Assembly (NCBI RefSeq): GCF_009914755.1
Contig: NC_060934.1
DNA: 64,000 nucleotides
Direction: 5' to 3' (one strand)
Source of the DNA: the human T2T-CHM13v2.0 reference genome, Homo sapiens
Every line of letters starts with the position of its first letter. The first letter of the stretch is position 1. Of the stretch, positions 16,431-28,589 are shown piece after piece. The notes beneath the pieces are model-generated. The model was not told where the DNA came from, ran no database searches, and saw only the letters and a list, made by a program, of their open reading frames with translations. A program made the position numbers and the translations under genes.

Positions 16431-16989
16431 TTGAACTGCCATCATCATAGTTGCTTCAGGTTGATCAAGCCTCAGGGAGAACTCCTCTGTTATGTCTAGA
16501 TGATTCTACAGTACTGATTCAAAAGCATTCTAATAAAAGTGGGTGAAAATTTAGTAAAACAAAATTTTGTATTTTAGCAACTTTCTCTGTTTTCTAAAGA
16601 CATGATGTTTCCTGTTAGTACACCCACAATTTATTATACGAAAGAGCAAGGAATCCCCTCCCTTATGGGAGCCAAGATGGTCAAGAGGATGTATTTAATC
16701 TTGCTGATTTCTGGAGGGCAGCTGTACCCTTTTCCCAGGCTTATCTCCCCCTCCTGGGAAGGACCCATCCCACCGTGCACCCTACCCCTGCTTGGGAGAG
16801 AAGGTGCCATCAGAGCTCCTCTGATGCCTCTCCCTCTTGCCCATTTGTTCACCTGCTACTCTCCCAGCTTGGCAGCACTGTTTCGAGACCTTTGCATTCT
16901 GTAGACCCAGAAGCCCTCATGTCACAGCAGAGACAACACAAGTTGGCCATACATTATAGAGCTCTTCTCTTTGGTGCGATCTCAGGACA

Positions 16990-18301
<1,312 letters not shown>

Positions 18302-19169
18302 AGGACACATTTCTACATGGTTCTTCATTTCCTGATGGTTCAGCCCTGTTTGTCTTTGTGTTGCTTTTTACCCCTTCTCAACCCACAAAATAACTCCTGG
18401 GTACATGGTTTTCTTTGCTTCCAGGAAAGCAGCCCAGATGTACGGTTACTCAGTTAAGCCAGGCCTGGCATGAAGGATTCAAAGACAGACCAGCAAATAG
18501 GCTGAGCAGAGCCTGGGCCAAGATTTTCCTGACCCAAGGGCACAGTGACACTCAATTCAGTGCTTGCATTGTGCCCAGGGCTCTAAGAAAGACAGGCAAA
18601 GAGATTTGCCAGAATCTGTCCTTGCCTGTATAGCTCTTTGTATGGAGATGTTTTTTTTTGTCCATCTGTTACCAAATCATGACTCTCCTGACAGTCAGCC
18701 TGGGTAAAGATGCAGTGGTTAGCTCCTTGTTTCTTCTGAAGGATGACATTTTCCAACATCTGCAGCCTGCATATTGAGCAAATAAATGGCTGTCAGTTCA
18801 CTCAGGGAGAAGATTCTTCATTTCTCTTGTGACCAACCTCTAGGACACATGGCAGGGCCTGAGGGCTGTCTATCCTTCTTGTTAGTAGAGCCTCCTGGCT
18901 CTCAGGCCTGCTGCGTTGTCAGGATGTTTGCAAAATCCCTTTATTGGATATAGTAGCTAATACAATGTTATCACTTGATATCACAAGTTGAGGCTATCCT
19001 TTCCCATATTTTTGAATATTTGAAAAAGTATCTTGTCTTTGGAAAAACTAGAATGTTTTATAAAAATAGACCTGTTCTGATGTCAATTTTCTGCCTGAAT
19101 AAAAGTGAATGAATATTAAACATTGCTGCAGGCAGTCTTGTCATTGGAATTAAAGATTCTCTGTTATAA

Positions 19170-19287
19170 TAAATAATTCTGTAAAAACACAAATTTTGTC
19201 TAAGCAATGCTAAGCACGTTTTTTTTATAAATGTGTTTTCAGTCCAGGGTATATACATTTGCAGTGTAACGTGCAATCATGAAATGT

Positions 19288-19321
<34 letters not shown>

Positions 19322-19374
19322 ATAAGTAGCATATATTTTGAAGTAACAGCGTTGCTATCTACCTGTTAAAAAGT
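19170..19374 (+). repeat. Direct repeat copy 1 (includes T30 at 19290-19319)
   Basis: Aligns colinearly to 20115-20294, roughly 80% identical by eye. Confidence 0.85.
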
Positions 19375-19524
19375 GGTCTAGCAGCAGTATGGAAAATAGA
19401 TGACTCTTTCCAGTGGGAAGATGGTATACGTCTTGAAGGAAAAGTGAGTCATATCCAGCACTACTAAATTGTTATTCACTTGAATAACATATTAGGTCTC
19501 CGCTGAAATAAACGTGATGTGTTC

Positions 19525-19672
19525 TGTGAGAGGAACACTGGATTCAAGTCAACAGACTTGTTTCAAGTGGGTGGCAGTGCTGCTGCTTGCTAGCTGTGTG
19601 ACCTCGAATAATTTATTTATGCTGTCTGAGCATCTCTTTTATTGACTACAAGTGGAAAGATCAGACCAGATG
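19525..19672 (+). mobile_element. MIR
   Basis: ctagctgtgtgacctcgaataattta...ctgagc, MIR core-like. Confidence 0.55.
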
Positions 19673-20114
19673 GGACTTCTAAACTGCATTATTTATACAT
19701 GGGCATGTCTCAATCGGTCGTGAGGTAGATAATTTATTGCTACTAGAAATAAAGTCCTGACGTTTGCAAACAACTTACAGTTGTAACGCAGATAAGTTTA
19801 GCCCCATGATGTCACTCTCACCATCTCACCTTCTGAGGTAGTTTCTTGAGTGGGAGAGAAGAAAGAGAGTGAGTTATGGTTGCCACACTGGTAAGACAAG
19901 TACCACGGCCGCCAAGAATTCCACATGATTGATTTCATTATTTGTGAGCCTATCAAATGTTTTCATGGACACTATTCCCAGGAAGTTCCTGGGTATTTGT
20001 CTTGCTTCTAAACAAATATTTTTAGTCAATATTTAGTTAATATCTTGTTGACATCTGAGTGCATTCTGAGAAAGGAATTCTTCCTTAAATACCGCCAGCA
20101 TATGTAAACTGTAG

Positions 20115-20294
20115 TAAATAATTTTCTAACAACACAAATTATGTTGAAGCAACGTTAAGCCCAATTTTTCATAAATATATTTTTGGTTCAGAGTACATAC
20201 ATTTGCAGGGTAATACGTGAACATGAAATGTAGCTTTTTGCCTAAGTAGCATATATTTTAAAGTAACAATGTAGCTATCTACCCGTTAAAAAGT
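20115..20294 (+). repeat. Direct repeat copy 2
   Basis: See 19170-19374. Confidence 0.85.
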
Positions 20295-20729
20295 AGGTAA
20301 AATCCAGCTGGGCTGGATTGTCCCTAGCATTCCTTCTGATTAGTTACTCTCTATGCAGGAACACGTGAGGATTTTCACACATCCAGAGTGAAGCCACTGA
20401 GGGAATAGATGCTGACTATATCCAGAGGTGGAAATGTGTCTGGAGGCAGAAACATCTCTGTTTTTCCTGCTCACTGCTTGGCCATAAAGACTGTGATTTC
20501 CTGGGGTTTGAAGTACTTTGAGTTTCAAATTCCATATTTTCATATTCTAGATCTTCTTAGCCTCTAGGCATCTTAACAAAGGCCATATTGAGTCAAGCCA
20601 TAATCAGTCCCCACCTTCTACTTTCACCAAACACACACACTTCAAGAAGCACCAGGAAATTGACAAGGCAACAATAAGGAATGGTGACATCAGCCAGGGT
20701 CGTGGGGACTTAGCCCATCTCTGGCCAGG

Positions 20730-21160
20730 GCTCATTACCTTATTTACTGTTTATTCTGTGCTAAGCAGGGAGGCAAGTTTTACGTACTTTAAATCACCTA
20801 ATTCTCATAACAACGCAGTGAAGTAGGTAATATTAATATCTGCATTTCATAAATGGGAATCCTGAATCACAGATAAATTAAGGAACTTTCCCAACTGGTA
20901 GCAACAGGCAGAGATTCACCCTTAGGCAGTCTGGCTACAAAATCAAGGCTCTCCCTCAGTCTTCTCTGCTATGTCATCAGCACCCTAAGTCAATTGAGTT
21001 TATGCCAGCTGCTTTTACATAACTGTCCTCTGAAGTTGTTCCTATTATCCCTATGGTATATTTCAGGAAGCCAAGGATAAGTGAAATTAAATATGTGACT
21101 AAGGTCACATGGCTACAATTATTAATAGGCAGTGAAAGAGCTGGAATTTGAACTTAGGTT
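20730..21160 (-). mobile_element. Two MIR fragments
   Basis: atctgcatttcataaatgggaa... and aaggtcacatggct...gagctggaatttgaac. Confidence 0.55.
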
Positions 21161-23914
21161 TGTTTTTTTTTCTTTTTCTTTTCTTTTTTTTTTTCCACAA
21201 AGCTGCATACTTTCCTCCGTCCTTTCACATATTGTTTTCTGTATCTTAGAGGAAACTCATAGGAATGAATGTGAAACACTCCCAGAGTTGTTTTTCTGGA
21301 AAGATTATTTGTCTTAACTGGTTGGAGTTTTCATCTATAGTGTGGCCTCCTTTCCTAGTCACTTGATTACTGTCATTGTAGTTTTGCCAAGCTCTAGGCT
21401 TTGAATATCTGCTGAAGAGTCATTTGTTCTACAGCTTGGGATTTACATTGCAAATAGAAGAGATAGTCAGTTTCTAGTTTCCTCTACCCTATTTTTAGGT
21501 ACTGACCACCAACTGTTACTCTGCAGACAAACCACATGTGCGGTTTGGGGTCTTGCTCTTCTAAGGCAGCTCCATAAGCTGCAGCTTCCTTCCTGGCTCC
21601 CACTATGACCCACCACAAGAGGGAAGTTCTGTCCTCATTCTTGATTTTTAGTCAAGTTCTTTGATGGAACTGGGATCTTGCTCTTCATCTTTCACCACTA
21701 CAAAGCCATCAGCACAGTCCAGCTCCCCTTCTCTGAATGCTGACTCTGTCACTTCTTCTAAATCATTGGCTAGGATTTACCCAAACATCTCCCCCTTCTA
21801 CCCCTGTCACCACCAAAATTGATCAATTACAATCCACCATGACTTTCTAAGTATGGGGGTTTGAACGAAACATTGATTCCCACTCCTTCAGTACTGACGT
21901 CTTTTCAAGACTCTAACTGTAACCTCAGATTGTTACAGATTCAAGAAGTACTATGAAAAATCAGTAGCAACTAAAACCATTTGCTCATAGCATCAAGAGT
22001 AATAATAGCATCACCAACGTGTCATTTCAAATTTCCCATTAAAAACAGCATGCATAGAGTGTCACCCACATGCCAGGACCAGGGATTAATGCCAATGAGT
22101 CCTGAATCGTGTCTCTAAGCACTTGCAAATTCCTTTCTTCCAGCAGAGGCCCATTCTTCTCCATTTTTATTCAGCTTTTCTGAGAAGATCAAGCGACCTC
22201 CATGTTTATGAATCTTTATATGATGCATTTGTCCATTTGGGGAAAAAACACTCCGCTCCCCACATTTGATTTAGAAGAGGTATTGCAAGTATTTGTGGTC
22301 AGAAATTGTTAGAGCAGCAGAGTGAGACTAGGGGGTCTGGGAAAGACAAGACAAGTATAGAAAAGTGAACGTCATCACCTTGGCAAAGGCAAAGGTGTCA
22401 TGGGAATAGATGAAAGGAAGAGAGCTCTTGTAGAATGAATCTGGGTAGGACCAATAGATTTTAAAAGACTTAGGAGAGATAGAATGTGAAAGAAGTTTAA
22501 ACATTACTGCTGAGTCTCATTCTCAACTTTTAGGAGAACAAGTTCACTCACAGCTTCTAGAAAGAAAACAAACTAACAAAAAACAGCTGAGAGGCTAAGC
22601 ATGCTGTTTGCATCTTGAGGACCCCCTGCCTCTGCCTGCTGCAAGACTGCATCACACGAGCCTTGCCAACACTGCAGAGAGCTTCATTTACCACCACAAA
22701 TATATCTCCACTAGCTGGTGTTCACATTAAGGAAAACAATTAGCAAGTTAATTAATTGTGTTTTTTTTTATTTGCTTCTTTATTGGCAAAGCTGCTTTGC
22801 CTTGATCAGTAGCCTAAGCACTTTTATGAGCTCACCGAGCTTACTTCTAGGGTTTGGAATACAAGGTTTGTGAAAATATAACATCTTGGAAAAACAAGCT
22901 AATTAAAGTGAGGGTTTAATTTCTAATGACAGTAACTCAGTGAACAGTTTCTATAAATTTATATACACTTAATTTTTAGAATAGGAATGGAGATATAGTT
23001 TCAATTTTTCTTCCCAGAGTTTTTCCTTAGTTGACATTCAGTATTCACCATGAGAAGCATGTAACATTGGCAGCTCACCCATTTAGAGGTCAGGTTTCCC
23101 GTATTTTTGGAATGAAACAAGCCCAGAATAAGCAATCAAACAGCCTGAAATGAAAGAAATGACAAAAGTCTGTTAAAAAGCTCTTGCATTTTGTTCAATT
23201 AGAAATATAGAATATCTCACTGGCTAGAGGTTATGTAAAAAACATGAACCAAGTTAGAAGCAGGATATTCTGATACCAGGAATAGAGATCAAATCAACAC
23301 AGTGTAAGGACAATAATCTGGGATCATTAAACCTAGGGACAAATAACTTTCCATACCTTAATATTTTTTCAGAGCATCACAACTCTTAAATAAGAACATT
23401 GCTATTCATTCTCTTAATCCCATGTTCTCAAGAACAAAATCAAATTATGTTTGGTATATCCTTTAAAAAGGATATTATCATTAATATTCTTTACCAATAA
23501 TTCAATTAGAATATTTTTCTGAAAGGTGGCTCTTAAAGAAATGTGATTTATCTTAAAAATGAATTTATGTGGACTACCTCTTCCATGAAAATGCCAGATG
23601 AAGCATTACTCTGTGCCATTGAACATACTGCATCCGGCCTTACTCATAAGTTAGGTAATTTACTCCCAATTTTAAGACGGATAAATGAGTTATAGTTAGG
23701 TAAACGGATCTAAGCAATGTTTGAGTTTTCCAGGGCCAAGACAAGGCATCATCAGCTCTTCTGTTACTGATTTCATCCTCCGCAATTTTGGTTGAAGGAA
23801 AAACAAGGAGAGGCCCATTGCTGTTGTCTTTCTGGCCCTACAAGTTGTCTGTTTCTCTCTCTCTCTCTCTCTCTTTCCCTCTGTCTCACTCGCCATCTAT
23901 CTCTCAATGCTCAG

Positions 23915-23941
23915 AATTGAAGAAAGTACTCTTCACTTTAG
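23915..23941 (+). other. Candidate 27-nt microexon
   Basis: About 68 nt free of AG and (CT)-rich upstream; ...caatgctcAG | aattgaagaaagtactcttcactttag | GTAAGT. Confidence 0.4.
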
Positions 23942-24142
23942 GTAAGTGCAGAGTACAAAATTTCAATGTTTCACCATTGTAAGTCAGGAAAATATCAGTA
24001 CACATGTAGCACGACAGTAAGGCATTCAAATTTATGGACCAACAAAGCCCAATTCAGATGGATTCTTCATTGTTTCATCAGTGAAGTGAAGTGGCATGTG
24101 TCATGAACTGAGCATTTAGCCTATGCCAAGCACATGGTAAGA

Positions 24143-24209
24143 ATGTGTCTAATGTATCCTTTGCTTACATAGGAGGCACATGTATCTAATGTTTCCTTTG
24201 CTTACATAG
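24143..24209. repeat. Local duplication, 2 x 30 bp (28/30 identical), period 37
   Basis: atgtgtctaatgtatcctttgcttacatag and atgtatctaatgtttcctttgcttacatag. Confidence 0.85.
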
Positions 24210-24779
24210 AAAGAATATGTGCAATATTTTATGATATCATTTCTGTAGTTCACCCAAACCTGGATTCTGTTTGATATTAACCAAGTCACGTTTTGTTTTT
24301 ATCCTGACATTCACCCCTCATGGTTAGCTATCACACCTCCAGCCCACAGCTCCTACTAATCGGCTGTGAGTCATCACAGATTTGTCTAATAATCCCTCCT
24401 TGAATGGTGGTATGGTGCTCACCTCTTGAATACCATATGTTTTATATTTTCTGAGCAAAGCTGTCACTTTATTTTATTTCTATTCTAAATTATTTTTCTC
24501 TCTTTCAGATGTCATGGGATAACTCTTTACTATTTAGTTTGTTCACAAGTTCAAGTGACCAGAATGCTGGCTCTGCAACTAGCTAGCTCTGAGACCTTAT
24601 TGACTTAACATCCCTAGGCATCAGTTTCTCACTGCTATAGCAAATTATAGCCCCTAAACTCTCACATGTAACTTCTACCTATAAATTACTATTATTTTGT
24701 AATTCACTTCATACCCTTCATGATACCCTAATCTTTGCTCATATCTCCTTAATCTAGAACAATGCTATAATCATATATA

Positions 24780-24905
24780 TAATCATTTGGAGTTCTTTTT
24801 TAAACCACCTGATGCTGGGACCATACCCCAGACCAGTTTATCTAGGAGTGGAGTCCAAATATCGTATTTTTGATTCTAATGTTCAGCCAGAATTAAGAAC
24901 AACTA
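24780..24905. mobile_element. MER5-like fragment
   Basis: gatgctgggaccataccccagacc...gattctaatgttcagccagaattaagaac. Confidence 0.55.
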
Positions 24906-24978
24906 ATCTTCACTAAAGCATCCTGATTTTATCTTTGGCATCTCTACCAGTCACTATTACAAATAATCATACAGAAAG

Positions 24979-25404
24979 GGTATTTGTCTTTTCTGTGCTG
25001 CTATAAAGGAATACCTGAGGCTGAGTAATTTATAAGGAAAAGAGGTTTATTTTGCAGTTTGTCAGGCTGTGCAAGCATGGTGCCAGTATCAGCTCAGCTT
25101 CTGGTGAGGTCACAGGAAACTTCCAGTCATGGTGGAAGACAAAGGAGGAGCTGCCATATCACATGGCAAGAGCAGGAGCAAGAGAAAGATGAAAGATGTG
25201 CCACACTCTTTTTAAAGAAGCAGATCTCATGTGAACTCAGAGCAAGAACTCACTCATTACTGCAAGGAGGGCACCAAGCCATTGATGAGGGATGAGCTTC
25301 CATGACCCAAATACCTTAAATACCTCCCACCAGGCTCCAGTTTCAACACTGAAGATCACATTTTAACATGAGATTTGGAGGGGAAAAATATATAAACCAT
25401 ATCA
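24979..25404 (-). mobile_element. MSTB-like MaLR solo LTR
   Basis: ctgctataaaggaatacctgaggctgagtaatttata...aaaccatatca. Near-TSD gaaag/gaagg. Confidence 0.85.
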
Positions 25405-25648
25405 GAAGGAAAGAGGAAACTGTTCTAAGATCCCTCTTTATAGAAACAGGGGAGCAAGGGACCAGGACTCTGATAGGAGGCAGGTAACTAATAACAGAAA
25501 AGATATTGCATTGGGAAAATATAATTTTATAGGTGCAGAATATAACCCTTGACAAGCTTGGCTGGTTGTGTTCCAGGATATCCAAGAAAAGAGTGGTTGG
25601 CCTCTATTTTAACCACTGTTTCAACTTGTTCTAAAAAGTTTTCCCCAT

Positions 25649-25705
25649 GAAAATGCACCTCCAGTTTTATATGGTACGGTAGTGGATATAAAGCATGCTT
25701 TATGA
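25649..25705 (+). repeat. 57-bp direct repeat (left TSD); partner at 26680-26736
   Basis: 55/57 identical to the right copy. Confidence 0.95.
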
Positions 25706-25713
25706 GGCTTTAT

Positions 25714-26276
25714 AAGGATGTAGAACTAGAAATACCATTTGACCCAGCAATCCCATTACTGGGGATATACCCAAATGATTATAAATCATTCTACTATAAA
25801 GACACATACACACGTATGTTTATTGCAGCACTATTCACAATAGCAAAGACTTGGAACCGACCCAAATGTCCAACAATGATAGACTGGATTAAGAAAAATG
25901 TGGCACATATACACCATGGAATACTATGTAGCCATAAAAAATGATGAGTTCATGTCCTCTGCAGGGACATGGATGGAGCTGGGAACCATCATTCTAAGCA
26001 AACTATCACAAGGACAGCAAACCAAACACTGCATGTCCTCACTCATAGGTGGGAGTTAAACAATGAGAACACATGGACAGAGGGAGGGGAACATCACACA
26101 CTAGGGCTTGTCGGGGGGTGGGGGGCTGGGTGAGGGATAGCACTGGGAGAAATACCTAATGTAAATGATGAGTTGATGGGTGCAGCAAACCAACGTCGCA
26201 TATGTATACCTATGTAACAAACCTGCATGTTGTGCACATGTACCCTAGAACTTAAAGTATAATTAAAAAAAAAAAA
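25714..26276 (+). mobile_element. L1PA6/7-like 3' end with poly(A)
   Basis: [17 protein letters not shown]; 3'UTR ends gtaccctagaacttaaagtataat followed by an A run. Confidence 0.9.
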
Positions 26277-26679
26277 GAAAATGAGACATATACACCGTGG
26301 AATGCTATGCAGCCATAAAAAGAGCAAAATCAAGTTCTTTGCAGCAACATGGATGCAGCTGGATGCCATTATCCTGAGTGAATTAACACAGAAACAGAAA
26401 TGCAAATGCTGCAGGTTCTCACCTGTAAGTGGGAGCACAACACTGGGTACTCATAGACATAAAGATGGGAACAGTAGACACTGAGGACTCCATAAGGAGG
26501 GTGGAAGGGATGGGAAAAGGGCTGAAAAAACTTCCTGTTGGGTACTATGTTCACTCTATGGGTGATGGGATCAATTATACCCCACACCTCAGCATCAAGT
26601 AATATACCCATGTAACAAAGCGGCACATGTACCCACTGAATTGAAAATAAAAAATGGAAAACAAAAAATAAAAAAAAAA
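26277..26679 (+). mobile_element. Older L1PA16/17-like 3' end with A tail
   Basis: gggtactatgttcactctatgggtgatgggatc...cctcagcatc...atgtacccactgaattgaaaataaaa. Confidence 0.85.
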
Positions 26680-27570
26680 GAAAATGCACCTCCAGTTTTA
26701 TATGGTACCGTAGTGGATATAAAGCATGATTTATGATTATGCTTCAGGGTCAATTTTACTGGGATGGCACTCTTCCAGAAACATGGGCCATACACACATC
26801 TTCTACAATGCTAGACCAGTGTCCATGTTGCATGCCTTTCTTTCTCATAAATTCTTCTTTCTTGAAAAGCCATCTTGCAGCAGTTGAATTGGAATCTATA
26901 ATTCAGTGCTTTTTTTTTCTTGCCTTTGAAAGTTTTACATTTCTTCCAATAGAAAATAAATGGTTAGATTTAAAGCTGTATATGCTTAGGGCTGAGACTG
27001 TCATGAAATTTTACAACTATATTTGATGACAACAATAAAGGGTGAGTTACGAAGAGTTCGGTTTAGGGTGAGCGGTGTCATAGTGCAGCAGAGAGGACAT
27101 TGACTTACGTGTCCCTCAAACTGGAAGTTAGACTGACTCTGCCATTAAGTGGCTTGACACCGCCAACTTCTTTTTCACATTTAAAAGTTCTGCATTTTAA
27201 AAACCGTGGTATTAGTGTGACAGGATCATTTCTAGGGTCCCTTTCAGCACACAGGTTCTGTAGTCTCAAACTCATGTGTCACTAGATGCGTTTTCTTTGG
27301 CTAATGAATGGATTGCTTGTCCAATTGTTCTTTTTAAGTGATACTGAAGTTTCTAAGATGTTAATGAGATGTACTCACCTATCAGGCCAGAAGCCCATTG
27401 GCTGTCTTCTCACAGGCATTAGACCAAAGGACCTCAGAAGCACAGCCATATTACTACATCCTGTTTGATTGTCCATTTTATTTCATACAGGATTTCATAT
27501 CTGCAGGAGAAATTTGATTTTTTATTTGTCCTAATATGTTAAAGTCCATTTTTATTTTTAACATTTCTAG

Positions 27571-27660
27571 GACTGTTTCCTTGGGCCCTCGGTTTAATGC
27601 TGTCCACCACCCATGAGCAAAACTCTTTCTATGGCAAGAAACATCGAACACCTGTAGTGG
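27571..27660 (+). other. Candidate 90-nt exon
   Basis: tttttattttaacatttctAG | ... gtagtgg | GTGAGT in non-repetitive sequence. One open frame: LFPWALGLMLSTTHEQNSFYGKKHRTPVV. Confidence 0.35.
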
Positions 27661-28589
27661 GTGAGTGAGACAACGTCATAATCAGCATGTTTGTATTAAC
27701 AGTGTATTCTGCCTTGGTTAATGTAGTTTTGCCTTAAGTAATTCCAGTTTCCCTAGGAGAATATTTATAGGTTTCCATGGGCCATATAAATTTTGCCTGT
27801 CAGATATGCACAACGTGTGTCTTTAAAAATCGGGAAGCCAATTCTCTTTGATAGCTTCTGAATAAATGTTCACTCTCAAAAGCTTTAACATTAGCTACCA
27901 ATTGACACTTGAATATAAAATAGGCTTTTAAAATCTCTCTTCTTAGTTGGCTAGCATCTGTTTTGTCATATACCAAATGAGCACAGGTACATAAAAGATT
28001 CATATTGTGATGCCAACGTTCGTGACAGAGGGTTTCATGGACACAGCGAAAATGTTAATTTGCACCACATCCAGGCATTGGTTTTCCACTCTTTCTTGTC
28101 AAGCTCCCACAGAGGAACCACAGAATCAGGATTGCCCGGGGCACACAGTTCAGCTGAACCAACAGCCAGTGCAGAGAAGTTACCAGGTAACACAGATGCG
28201 TATTGTCACAGTAAAGAGGCACAAATGCCCTCTGCTTTTTTTTCTTGGCAGGGAGGCTCTAAAACAAGAAGACCGACTTATGAGACAGTTTGGCTGTGAG
28301 CAGTGCGAGACGTTGAGTTAGATCATGGCAAGAAAAAATCCAGACATGGTTTTTATTGAAATAACATGCTTCTCACGTAGAGCACATTCTTTATGGAGGC
28401 ATACTTCTGCACCAAAATGGATTTTTTAAAAAATTTCTACTATGAAGCCAGCGGACAGTATCAAAAAGTGGCATTCTGACAGTAGTTTGGGTTAGCTGTT
28501 CTGTCTTGCTTAAAATGATCTTATTATTTGTCTCTTGATTCATTTAAATGATTTTGTTTCCAGAGGGATTTGTTTGCTAGGATATGGAA

